From Lytechinus pictus (Eukaryota), in contig NC_087245.1 of NCBI RefSeq assembly GCF_037042905.1, positions 26,848,001 through 26,912,000 of the forward strand: a stretch of 64,000 nt of DNA, read 5' to 3'. Each line of letters begins with the position of its first letter. Within the stretch, counting starts at the first letter, position 1. The notes under the pieces are model-generated. The model saw only the letters and a list, made by a program, of their open reading frames with translations, searched no databases and was not told the DNA's origin. This document shows positions 41,001-55,000 of this stretch, piece by piece. Position numbers and translations under genes: made by a program.

Positions 41001-44000
41001 AATGATAATATTAATAATAATACATGGAGGAGGTGTCGGGTTTCTGTACAAAAAGAATCTCACTGTCACTGAAAACCACTTAGTTGATCGTGCCAGTTTT
41101 GAATACATGTCTGTGACTGTATCTAGTGGTACGACTTCTCTTGAGGTTTTGGTAATTTACAGACCACCTGGTTTCAAATGTTTTTCAATGTTCATGAACG
41201 AATTTTCGGATTTGCTGGATGAAAGATTATATACATTATCTCCTTTGGTTATAACTGGAGATTTAAATACACATCTAGATGATCTTTCTTCCCAGCACAC
41301 CCGAGGATTCAATGACCTTATCGACAGACATGGACTGCGCCAGTTAGTGACAGAGTCTACCCATGACCGTGGCCACATTCTTGATGTCATCCTGGTCAGG
41401 AACTCTGACAGACTGCTCCATAGTCGTCCGCGTGTCATACTTGGTATATCTGATCATCTCGCCATTAACTGTTTTCTCCGTTTTGACAAGCCCAAATGTG
41501 ATGTTTCCACATTCTCCTCTCGCAATATCAAGAGCATCAACAGGAATTACTTCATCAATGATATCAAAGACAGTAACATCATGTCTTCTGCTTCAGAGAG
41601 TGTAGATGCCGCTGTCTTACGTTACAACTTGGGACTCGGCACGTTGTTAGACTCTCATGCACCAGCCAGGACTCGTAAAGCAAGATCACACCAACAAAGT
41701 CCCTGGTACAGCCATGACATCACTGAAGCCAAGAAAGAGCGGCGGAGACTGGAGAGGAAATGGCGTGAAAACGGAAAGCTTGAGATTCACCGACAGATTT
41801 TTCAAACTCAGAGAGACCGGGTGAACTATCTTGTTTCGAAAGCGAAACGTATATACCACACCAAGCTCATCGAAGAATGCGGAAAAGACAACAAGAAGCT
41901 CTATAATGTCGCCAACCGACTCCTCAACCGGAAGCAAGCATCTCTTCTACCCACGCACTACGACGGCAATTTATTAGTAGAATCTTTTAGTAATTTTTTC
42001 CATGATAAGGTTAAAAATATTAGAGAATGTCTCAACCCAATTGTCATACCACCAGAACCTGTCACCTCTTCCACTTTGTCAACAATCCAGCACACCTCCG
42101 CTGATGAAGTCCTTTCACTTTTACGTAAATTGCCTCCAAAATCCTGTCCCTCAGATCCCATTCCTACAACTCTTTTAAAAGAATGCGCATCGACCGTTGC
42201 CCCAATCATATCTCAAATCATTAATCTCAGCATAGACCAAGCCACAGTACCCTCAGTTTTGAAAACTGCACTCGTTCGACCGTTGCTCAAAAAGCCGTCT
42301 TTAGACCATGAATCTTTGAAAAATTACCGACCTGTGTGTAATCTGCCATTTTTATTCAAAGTTCTCGAGAGAGTTGTTTTCTCTAGACTTTCCGACTATT
42401 TGCTTGAAAACAATTTACTTGACCCTCTACAATCTGCCTATCGCCCCCATCACAGCGTCGAGACTTTGCTCGTTAACGTGTCTAACTCCATTCTTCAAGA
42501 TATGGATTCCGGTCGTGTCGCGGCCATGGTCCTCCTCGATCTGTCCTCGGCCTTCGATACCATTGACCATCAGATTCTTCTGAATACACTGGAAAGTTTG
42601 GGTGTCCAAGCCAAAGCACTTGATTGGTTTAGATCATACCTTTCTAGCCATTCCCATTCTGTATACCTGAATGGCTTTACTTCCTCCTCTAGGTCGATAG
42701 TCTGTGGAGTACCCCAAGGCTCTGTGGGCGGGCCCACATTATTTTCTATTTACCTCACCGGTCTCCGGAATGTTTTCTCACGCTATCAAGTGCGTTACCA
42801 TCTCTACGCAGATGATATACAAATCCTAGTCTCTTTTCCACCAATCCAAACCCAAGCTATTCAAACCTTGCATCATTTGGAACAATGTGTCGCTGATATT
42901 GTCTCTTGGTTGAAGTCGCATTCACTGTCCCTAAATCACAGTAAATGCGAGTTCCTCCTTTTTGGTTCAAAAGCGCAGCTGAAAAAATTGAATATCGTCT
43001 CCATTTCCATTTCGGGTTATACAGTTCCTTTGTCTGATTCTTGCCGCGATCTTGGCGCTATGCTTGATTCACAAATGACCATGTCAAAGCAAATCACCAA
43101 CATCTGTAGATCGGTTCGCTACCAATTACGTAATATCGGTTTTATCCGTAAATATTTAACTCGTTCTTCAACAGAAAAGATTGTCCATTCGTTAATTTCT
43201 TCCCGCCTTGACTTTGGCAACAGCCTTCTCTACAACCTACCAAATACTTCAATATCACAGCTACAAAAACTACAAAATGCAGCTGCACGCATTATTTCTG
43301 GGACAAAGAAACACTCTCATATTACACCTATCCTTCAGAAGCTTCATTGGCTACCGGTCAAGGAACGCATTGTTTTCAAAATCCTTCTCTTCGTCCACCA
43401 CATTATTTACGGAACTGCCCCCCAATACAACATATCCTTATTGCACCAGTACCAACCAATACGTACCTTACGCTCTTCCAACTCTGTCCTTCTTCAAATA
43501 CCTTCTTCCAAGAAATCCTGGGGGGATCGTGCTTTTGCTCACGCAGCACCCACGCTATGGAATTCCCTTCCTTTGGTCTTGAGGAATTCCAATACTACTT
43601 CATCTTTTAAAACTAACTTAAAAACCTACTTGTTTAACACTGCATTCTGAAGACAGGCATTCATTTATCTATTTCAACTTCAATTTTTCTTGTTCTAGTT
43701 CACTTGTTTCTTACATTAAATTATAATTCTAGCTCCTCTTTTTCAAGCGCCTTGAGCATTTCAACAAAGTGGATAATGGCGCTATATAAATCTCATGTAT
43801 TATTATTATTATTATTATAACATTTATAAGGCGCTTACTACTGGTGTTTCTAAGCGCACTGTGTTCTGTTTATGGTTTGTACTTGGGTTAAAAAAAAAAA
43901 GTGGCAGGGGATAATGAAACAGGTAATACTACTATACTAATAATAAAAAATCAAAACTGGTGTGCACCTCCAATTGACCGACCCACAACTGTGAATCATT

Positions 44001-47000
44001 TATTAAACTGGTAGGTTTTGAGTAGGGTTTTGAACTGATTCACAGACTTGGCATTATGAATGTAAGATGGTAGCTTATTCCAAAGGGAAGGGGCAATTGA
44101 AGAAAAAGCGCGGTCACCATATTTTGTAGAGGTTCGAGGTCCAGGATTTAACTGCATTGTAGACGATGAACGAAGAGGTCTTGAGAAGGTACTATAGCGT
44201 AAGGAAATGAGATCTGTAAGATATTTTGGGGCTTGGCCATTGAGAATTTTGTAGGTGAGAAGGAGAACTTTGAAAGAGATACGGTGATGTATGGGGAGCC
44301 AATGAAGAGAACGCAGAATTGGAGTTATGTGCTCGGATTTCCTACTGAGAGAGACTAATCTAGCGGCAGAGTTTTGAACCCGTTGAAGTGGAACAAGGTA
44401 TGTATGAGGGAGGTTGGACAATATTGAGTTACAGTAATGTAGGTGACAGGAAACAAATGCATGTGTTAGTTTAGCAGTTATGGGTCGGTCAAGTAATTTC
44501 CTAATCCTTCCAATTTTAAAAATACCATATGACGCAGACCAGCAAATTTGCTTGATATGATCTTGAAGTGTATAATTGTTGTCAATCATTACATCAAGGT
44601 CGCGTACACACTCACTGCCCTTCAGGGAAACATTATCAGTAGATAAGTCCGGGAATGGAGTAGTGTTTCTGAATTTTGAGGATATGTGTATAATCTCAGA
44701 TTTTCGTTCATTAAGGCAGAGTTTGTTATTCAGAGACCAAATTTTAATGTCTTCAAGGCAGCTATGGGGCTTTATGGGCTGCTTCAGCCTTCGCATTGGG
44801 TTTGAGAGTAACATAAATTTGTGTGTCATCAGCGTACATTACGTGCTGAACACCTTGGTGAGAATCTATGAGTTTGGACAGTGGACTGGTATAAAGAATA
44901 AAAAGGAGTGGACCGACTACGGAACCCTGCGGAACGCCACAAATTAAGGGGAATGGTTCAGAAACCGTATCATTAATAATTACTTGTTAGGACCGACCAT
45001 GAAGATATGAGCGGATCCATTCCAAGACAGTTCCCGTGATGGAGAATTCCTTCTCAAGGCGATTTAGTAGCAGACTGTGGTCAATAGTGTCAAAAGCGGC
45101 TGTGTAATCAAGAAGGACCAATGCTATTTCGTCGCCCTTGTCCACAGCCAGCAGAAAGTCGTTGAAAAGTTTGACCAACGCAGTCTCTGTCGAGTGATGG
45201 TTCCTGTAAGAAGACTGAGGCACAGGAAACTTGCCGAATCCCTCAAGGTGAACTCTGAACTGTGACGATACAATTCTCTCAAGGACCTTACCGAGGAAAG
45301 GAAGGTTTGCGATGGGACGGTAGTTATTTAGCGAATTTGGGTCGAGTGTAGGCTTCTTTAGGAGAGGAAGGAGTAGAGATGACTTGAATGGTTCGGGAAA
45401 CAGATCGGAGGACAAAGAAATGTTGAACAGCTTAGTGATGAGAGGCAGGATATCGTGAAGAGTGTCTTTCAATAACCAGGTCGGAATTGTCGAAATGATG
45501 ATGATCATAGGCATACATGTCACATATATTTCTTTTAATGATTGTATTAATCACTCAAGTCCTTATTGTCAGCCATTCGACTTTCTATATTAAAATAGTT
45601 GTTATGAATTTATAGCGACCGGAGTGTTTGCACTAAATTAGTATACCTCTCAGTAGGAACTTTAGAACTCTGTGTATTATTGAATCAATGAAAAGACTGA
45701 CAAGGATGGGCAAAAGTATTTAGTTTTAGCAATAATGTTTCTGCTAATTGTATATTTTATTTCATACACATCGTTCCTTGTACTCATCGAAAAGACCCTT
45801 GTCCTGTACAGAATCTCACAAAATTCATCCCTCATACAGAAGGGAAGACGTCAATAGGCAGAATTGATGTAATTGTTGGGGCAAGGGGCACTACCCCCTG
45901 GATTCCCGCCTTTGCTATAGGGTCACCTAACTACAGTGCGTATCAAAAAAAAGTTTACACTTTGAAAAAGCCCTGGGAATTCAAAAATATACAACATGTG
46001 GGTAAATTTTTCACATATAATCTTAGGTTTGAGTCTCATCTATCCAATGAAAGTAAAAGTTTTGACAGAATGTTACACTTGAGTGAGCACTGTCCATTTT
46101 TGTAAAGCTCGCAGATATCTGTTTGCGCAGAAATGCTCGTTTTCACGCTGTGTCAAGGGGAAAGGGCGAAATCAAACTTACCCTGCGAAACATTTCTTAT
46201 ACGTTTCCCTTGCACTTTTAGTCAATTGAAATAAAACGGATACATTCAAGCATTTTGCAATAATTTTGCCACCAAAATTGAAATTTCAACATTTAGTAAG
46301 CACAACCTTTACCCATTTTTGTGCGAGCTGAATCTAAGGAAATAACTGAATCTGAACAAAAGTTTATATCAGACATTTCTAGCATTTTTTCACTGAGTTT
46401 TATCATTTAAAGTGGGTTTACATTTCATTTTCAATTTAATACTTGTTTCTCCACACTTTTCCCAAGCTTAGCAACGATTAACAAAATTAAAATCAAGCCT
46501 AAGCCATTTCATGTAAATCACAGCTCAGTGTAAAGCAAATATCGTCTCGATGGTCTCTGTGTGTGGGGGAGTGGGGTGGGGCACAATGCACTCTTCGAAG
46601 TGTTTTGGGCAAGGAAACAAGTTTAAAAAGGTAAAAGATATCTTCAAATCAATTTTACTAGCTAAATTCCACGTTTTCTTCATGATTAACGTCTTCTTTT
46701 ATTTGCATAACTATTTCAAAGTTCTGCGCAAATAATTTTTCACTAAATTTTCAAAAGTAAGTGGTGCTCACTCAAGCAGAAATATGTTTTGACAGTTATA
46801 TGGTCATTTGCTTAAATGGATCTGTACCAATGTGAAAATGTGGAACAATCTTCAGGATATTACAAATGTATAATTTTACAGGATTTTTTCAAAGTGTAAA
46901 CTTTTTTTGATACGCACTGTATAGTCTCATGCCCTCGGTCGATAGTAACCGACGTGAATAAAAAGCTTTGGATATAGGTGGAAAAAAAAACACCAAATAG

Positions 47001-48832
47001 CAGAATTGTAAAACTCAAGTCCGCCTGCACCACAAGACTGAATGGCGGGCTGAAATTCTACAACGCCATGTGACCCCCTTAATATGAACGTTGTGTATTC
47101 TTCACCTATATTAGACGTACAAGTGTTTTACACTGACGGAGTGAGCGCATCCTTGTTGGCCATCCACGGATACACAATGGGAGAGTACGAGCTTCAGTTT
47201 AAACTGAAGGCAGAAGGGCGAGCCAGGATTATCCTCACGGATTCACCAATGGGATCAACTGATGGTTATAATATTGGTAAGAAAGGGGGCTCTGAGGGGG
47301 GAAGAATATTGAGGTAGGGGCAGTCATTTTATACAGCTATGATAATGGATGTTCGAACACTTACCTAGAATTCGAGACCCCTTTGTTCAAGAACTTATTT
47401 TTATCTTTCCATGCTAGATCATCTTACCTGAATAAGGAGGCTTTCTTTACATCGTTCTTTAGATTTGTCTTCCTCAAAAGAACAGATTAGTGATATGAAT
47501 ACCATTTAAATAAATCCAACTCATTTCAATCCAACTCATTATCTGTCTGTGTTAGTCTTTGACGACGGCCGTGACTCCGGGGAATTTCAGACCTCCTATA
47601 TCTCCTTGAATGGTGTGGTACTTCAGAGCATAGAGAATGATCTTCTGAGCAAGTCTACCAATAGACCATTCTATATCAGGTAATGATAAAAAATAATCCC
47701 TCAATAAGTTTATAATAGCCACTAATTAAGTGATCCCACAATCAAGATTATATATTTCACACTGGATTTACCAAAATAATACATTTTAAGGAGATTTCAA
47801 TAACAGGCTCGTGTTTGTGACGGGTTTCGAATCTAAAGAAAATGGATATCTACTTCATCGGATACGAGGTGATTATTCTATTTTAGGTTTTATTTCATAA
47901 GAGTGGTTGAGTTGGTTTTATGTTCATATATCTATCTCTCTAAAGATTTTTTTTCAACAGTGGCCTTAATTGAGACCCATATCGAATAAATATAAGAACA
48001 GTGATCAACAAAATGGAATTAAATCAACATGATGGCTGTGCGCACTTGGCAAATATACCGGCAGTGCACTCATACTTGGAAGTTTAAATAATGTATTAAT
48101 GTTCGTAAGAAAATAGCGACTTTAAGAACGACTGGTGATCCTTTCTTGTGGTAAATTATATTCACCATTAAATGTTCATCGGTGATTATTTAGCGCGTAA
48201 GAAAGGTTCATCAGTCGTTCTTCAAGTTGCTCTTAACTTGCGAACAGCTTTATGAAACACCCACCAGTTACGCACAACACATGCTATCAGTGGGCAACAG
48301 GATGACAGTGGGCGTAGGCATTCACACTTGGCAAATATCATTTATTCAATTCTTCAAGTTTCATTGATGTATTCTTGATGCATTATTCCACTTTTATATA
48401 CCAGATATACTCAACAGACGCTATCAGTTGGCAATGAAGGCAGCCCTCCTATTCTCCTTGTGGAACAAGTACCATACGATTCTGTACAGTATATCCGCTT
48501 TCAAACAGAGCATGGCGAAAGAGGACGGTGGACATTCTATGATGTACAAGTTAAAAGCACCGGTAACTTTGTCGCAATTATTTTTGCAAATAAAATGTGT
48601 TAGTAGATATTATTCATTTTAAGTGCATGTCTCTAGATATTCGATAAGTGGACGTGTCAATTTTTTCCTTTTACTTGGCCTGGGTAGTATTACCTATCTA
48701 TCTTTCATTTACACCAGGGGCGTCTATCCATTTTTCATGTTTGGGGGCAAAATCTTGAATCAACGTTCCAAAGGCGCTCGATCACACAAAACAAAAAAAC
48801 AAACTCACGCACCCACCCACCCACACACACAC

Positions 48833-48870
<38 letters not shown>

Positions 48871-49204
48871 GTGTAAAGTTATACATGTACAACAGCTTTG
48901 GCAACTCTTTTAAGCATGGCGGCTTGTCATTGTTCGAAACCCACCTTCACCCGACAAAGGAAATTATAATTGGTATAGTGTCGAAAATCTGTCTATCTGA
49001 CGGTCAATCGGATCGGGGTCGCCCTAGCCACTAACCCATCTCTGTGGTCTAGTGGTTAAGGCACCGGCGTTCAAAGCTGGGGGCCCGGGTTCGATTCCCG
49101 GCAGAGACATTTTTTCGGCATCACCAATTTTTCCAAAGGGTAGATAGCTCTGGGGAACCTTGATTTAAGCTACGCCTACCATTGTTCTCTTCATCCATTT
49201 CTTT

Positions 49205-49254
<50 letters not shown>

Positions 49255-49266
49255 TGTGTGTGTGTA

Positions 49267-49303
<37 letters not shown>

Positions 49304-51970
49304 CTCATGAAAAAGAGACACATATCTCACCAACAAATTAATAGTATACTGACCTGAAAACAGAAAAAAGGTACCTGTTTAGGACTGTTTGTAGCGACTC
49401 ATGAGGAGGATACATATTTCACTAAACAGATAATGCGAGTGCAGAGAGCGAGCTGTAATTTCTTTATATTCTGAACTGAAAGCTTGATATTCTAAGCATT
49501 ATTGGAACTAATGATTAAGATAGGTATCTAAAAGAACAACTGATGCGATCGCGCGAGCTGAAATTTTAATGGACGTTTTTATAACAAGATATGTATCCAA
49601 TAAACTATTATTGCAAATCGTAGCGGGAGTTCTTTTGAGGTTTAGAACTAAAAACGGGACACCCTATTCACCTGTTTAATCAAGTATGGTTTTTTGCTAA
49701 AGAAATGATGCAAGCACGAAGCGCGAGCTGAAAATATTTATATTCCAATCTTAAAAGGCTTGATTTTGAGCAAGAACGAGTTGTGTATCTCAATCTCGCT
49801 TACCGATTTCTGCGTAACATTACATTCTTATGTTATTTTTGCACATCCGGAATTATTGGGGGGCAAATCGTTATGTTTGTCCCCAATATTTTCATTGGTG
49901 GGGCGATCGCCCCCCCCCCCAGGATCGACGCCTCTGACCTACACTGAATAGTTGATATGATTCTTTAAAGGTATGACTCTCTCTTTTGAAAACATGAGAC
50001 AGAAGTGGTGAACTACCCAAATGGCGCCTTTTCACTTTCTAAGCCTTAAAGTAATCATATTCTTGAATATATTCATTTGAAATATTTTTTGTGTATAAGG
50101 GAATGTGTGCATGCGTGTTAAAAATGTTGAGAGAGTGGGTGTGTATGTAGGTATGTGTGGTTTGTTTGGGGTGAGTATGCGCTTGTGAGGGTATGTGTGT
50201 GTGTGATGGTGTGGGTGAGTTAGTGTCTATGTGTAAATATGCTTTCGGGTGAGACCGAGTGTGTGAAGAAGCATCTTGTTGGGTGAGAGGAATGTATGAG
50301 GGTGTGTGGGGGTGTGTGTGTAATGGTGTGGGGTGTATGTTTGTGTGTCAGATTAACCATCCGGAAGACGTGACAAAGGGCTCGACCATACCGTACTTCT
50401 TCGATGCTTTTAGCATGATTAAGCAATGTGACCGACATCCTAACGTTGCGATTTGGCGCGGGCTTGCAATCATGCTACGGTCGTCGGAATATGACCTTTA
50501 TACCTTTTTTCTTCATTTTCATAGTTGGTGTGGAACCCATTCCTACGGATACCCATATCTACTCTTACCATACATCGGGACCACAACAACCTATCTATCC
50601 ATTTTCACCGTTGCCATTCGATAAGTTTGAATTCAATTTCGAGGTTCAGTCAGGGGGAGATGCATTTGTGTCACTTTCACCTCTGCCATTAGATCAGAAA
50701 AGCTACATGTTCGGTAAGACTATTTTGTTTGAATTGGTCAGGGTTAACAATTCATAATTCTGTCTGTGCTTACTGGAACCATGGACCTAAAAGTCTGCCA
50801 AAGAATGAAATATCTGAATGCAGGGAATAAAACATATTCATTTCATTTTCATCACTATCAACAAACCGAATAGTCAGCCTAAATTGAAAATGATCTTTAT
50901 GCCTCTTGAATTTAGGTACTCGAAAAGTTCTATAAATGTACAGCTGTCCATAGAAGGTGAATAATTGTTTTTTCATGTAATCCATAAATTGATCATGAAG
51001 TGATTAAAACATTGAAAGGCACATGAAAAGATAACTTTTTAAAAACTGCAATGCATAATTTTCCTTCCTGGCATAAATCATAAGTATCCAGATTCTCAAA
51101 ATTCTTTCTTGAAAAGACATGAATACAGTTTGAATTACTATAAACTGTGAGTGCAAATAATCTAATATCATTAATTTTTATATTCTACTGGCAGTTTTTG
51201 ACAGAATTACCGATGTACAGACATCTTCTGTTGTGCAATACGATGATCAAGTGTTTGATAAATACGAAGGTAGTCTCCTCTCAAAGGATGAATTTACAAA
51301 GATGTATGTAAGACGAGAAGATTCGATCATGGTGGCGGGAAAAATAGGAGAAGATCCTATCCTTGAGGTGAGACTAAGATATATACAACAATTTTGGAAG
51401 TAACTGGTCTAGCAATTCAAGAAACGAAAGATAATAATTTTTTTTTAACTTTGGGGCTCAATTCATTCATCCCCACGAGGATCACCTCCAAAATACGTTT
51501 AAAAGCTGATGGAAAGGATGAACTGACGGAGGGATGTCAAAGCTTTAGACCTTTACCCAACACGCATATTTAACCCTAATAGCCCCACTCACATGTACAC
51601 ACACCCACACTATCACACATTCCCATTGGTCTCCTCTACACACACACACACTTCCCACACATTTACTCACAAACACCCACACTATCAAATATAATAATAC
51701 ACAGAAAGGATTATTTTTTTAGTTTGTAAGACTAAATTTTCTTGCCTTTATGCGCCCATTACTGTTTTTAAAATCATAGTCAAATGTAAAGTTAAAATAA
51801 CACGTACTTCTCCTGTTAACTATTAGGCCCCTTTTACACCTTACATCATCCCGCATTGTAGGGGCGTCGATCCATTTTTCAGATTGGGGGGCAAAATAAT
51901 GAATCAACGGTCCCGTTCCAAAGGCGCTCGATCACACGAAACACACCCACACATACACCCCTCACATAGG

Positions 51971-52029
<59 letters not shown>

Positions 52030-55000
52030 CTCATGAGAAAGAGCCACATATCTCACCAACAAATTAATGCGAGCGCGAAGCGCGAGCTTAATTTTTTTTT
52101 GTATACTGACCTGAAAACTGGAAAAAGGTACCTGTTTTATAGGACTGTTTGTAGTAACTCATGAGGATGATACATGTCTCACTACCCAGATAATGCGAGT
52201 TCCGAGAGCGAGCTGAAGTTTCTTTATATTCTGACCCGAAAGCTTGATATTCTAAGCATCTTTGGTATCAAGGATTAAGATGGGTATCTAAAACAATAGA
52301 TGCGAGCGTGAAGCGCGAGCTGAAATTTTGATATTTCGATCTGAAAAAAAATTGACAGTTTAATGGACGTTTTTAATAAAGAACAAGATATATTGCAAAT
52401 CGAAGCGGGAGTTCTTTTGAGGCTTAGAATTGAAAACGGGACTTCTATTCACAATTTAATCATGAAAAGTATGGGTTTTTACTACAGAATTGATGCGAGC
52501 TTGAAGCGCGAGCTGAAAATTTTTATATTCCAATCTGAAAAAGCGGACATTTTGAAAGCGATTTTAAATAAAGAATGAGTTGTTTATCTCAATCTCGCTT
52601 GCTGATTTCTTTGTAACATTACAATCTTATTTTATTTTTGCACATGCGGAATTATTGGGGGGGGGGCAAAACGATATGTTTGCCCCCCCAATATTTTCAT
52701 TGGTGATGCGATCGCCCCCCCCCCCCTGCCCCCCAGGATCGACGCCTCTGCCGCATTGTCAATCCGGGGTCCTCCGTGTACAGTCCGGGATTACCGAGTA
52801 CACACCGGCTACTCATCCAGCGCCATCCTTGATGTACCGGCATATCCGGGAGAAAAATTTAGCATGTTCAATTTTTCATCCCGGAGTACACGGACGGATA
52901 ATCATCCGTGTTCATCCTTGTAGCTACCGTGTACGTCCGTGTAGCTACCGAATGCACCCGGGAGGCTTCTTATAAGAACCGGGAGTCCGTGTTGATACCG
53001 GCTGTATCCATGGTCAAACATTTTCTCATGAACAATAGTCCGTGTTCTTGGCCATGTATTTTTACGCTCAGACGTTGCAAAAAATGAAAGAAACTTTAAT
53101 CTAGACCAATGCCCTAAAGATATCCCATTAAAGACCGTAAGCTACCGTAAAGGTCCGTGTAAGGACCCAGTAACACCCGTGTTCTCCGTGTTGACTCCTG
53201 GTAGCTTATCAAGCAGATCCTTAGCCCTACCTTGTCTATCCTTGTAGAAACCGCACTTTTCCGTACATTTCCTTGTAAATACCCAGTTAAATCACGCACT
53301 GAGATCCGTGTTGTATCCTTGAAGATGTAGAATGGGCTTTAAGGCTTTTTTCACAGACGATGCGGTCTATTTTATTTACAAAGAAACTTTAGACGTAGTC
53401 TGGCAGATTACCAGTCCTTGATAACATTTATCCATTTTACTTCTGGATCTGGATCGTTTTGGTATAGTGCACCGGATGAGAGAGAGAGGGCTTATGGAGA
53501 TTAGCAGTACCGGAGAAGGTGGTCTTCAAAAGCTGCCTTGAAGGTTGCGACTGTCTGTAAAGTTGATATGGTGGCTGGAAGATGGTTCCAGTCCACCCTT
53601 GTTTGTACGAAAAATGAGTTCTTGTATTGATTAGTATTGAAATTCTCGACTGCAAAACAATTATTATGATTTTGGACTTGCCTTTCAACTAGGTTTGTTG
53701 ATTCAAACCCAGCAAATTTCTTTGCTTTTATTTGCCTCTTTTGTCTTGTATGTCTTAAGAAATTATTCAAAGGGAGGGCTGGTACCAACCCCCCGACTTC
53801 TATGAAGTAGGTTGAGAGTCTTGCACATTTCCTCCTTGATGCTAGTGTTTGCAGTTTGAGTTTTTTTATTCTTTTCTAAGTTTATATATAACAAACCCTC
53901 AATCTAGAAGAACTTCCGTGATTTTTTATTCTTTCTGAAGCATGCGATCTTCATGATCTTTTATTCTCGTCAAATATATGTTGCTTTGATATTTGCCAAA
54001 AAAACCCTCAGGTTTTCACGATTGATTGTACATTGTAGTCAATGGAATCAATCGTAGAAAAATGTTCTACGATCATTGCTAAGTTTTGTGTTACGGGCCC
54101 CTGGACTCTTTTATGAGGTATACGTATGCCACTCCCCATGATCTATTTTGAAAACGAATTACTTAGTATATGTTGACAGTTGAATGATGAAAATAAAATT
54201 GTACATCTAGTCTTTAATTCAAGAGAGTTCGGTGGCAGAAACATCAATCCATTTCCAAATAATCACAATATACATTTGCATTACTCAGAATTTCTACGCT
54301 AAAAAATAAATACGTTTAGGGGCATTTTGTTTCCATCTTAGGTTCAAGGTGTGAGTGAACCATTTCCACGATTTATAAACTTTGGGAATCTGAACGGTGA
54401 TATTACAAAATGGCGCTTCTTCAATGTTAGTCCGGCGGCTCGAGGTATGGTATACAAACTTCAACATTCGAGTTTGGGGACTGATGATAATGATGACATA
54501 AACTATTATATTTGCAAAATGTGTTAACTATTATTGCCTTTCTCTGTGTGGTAATAAATGTTGCGTGACTATCATATAAGTCAGATTTCGTTGTCTGTAT
54601 TCATGCTGGCCACAGACACACAGCTTAAGGTCAAAATGAGTAGCACAGTGAACTGTTCGCCCCATGCGTGTATGTATTTATGAATGTTATCTATTACAAT
54701 AAAATATAAACATGTACATTAAATGAAATTATATTTTTGAACTACATATCGTATTTGTTTGTGTTCGGTGGGAAAAGAATACAGCCCGGGAATGCAATTA
54801 CTGTCTCTTGAAAAAAACCATGAAAAATCCAGAGCTTACAAGAAGGTTGTATAAAAAACCCACAGGGATAATAGGACCAATGCAGATAAAACAGCCTGTC
54901 AAAGTTTTTACATTCAAGAATAATATGGGTAATCTCTTTTGATAAAACTAAAGCATATGACTTATATTTTCTTCTATCATTACTATGTAATCATTAAAGT

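Noticed and set aside
40975..41022. Hydrophobic signal-like N-terminus on the 891-aa RT ORF
   Set aside because: Read-through of flanking microsatellite; the LINE is truncated at the APE GGGV motif.
49038..49109. Genuine tRNA-Sec
   Set aside because: 72 nt with a 4-nt variable loop and a standard 7/5 fold; lacks the long extra arm.
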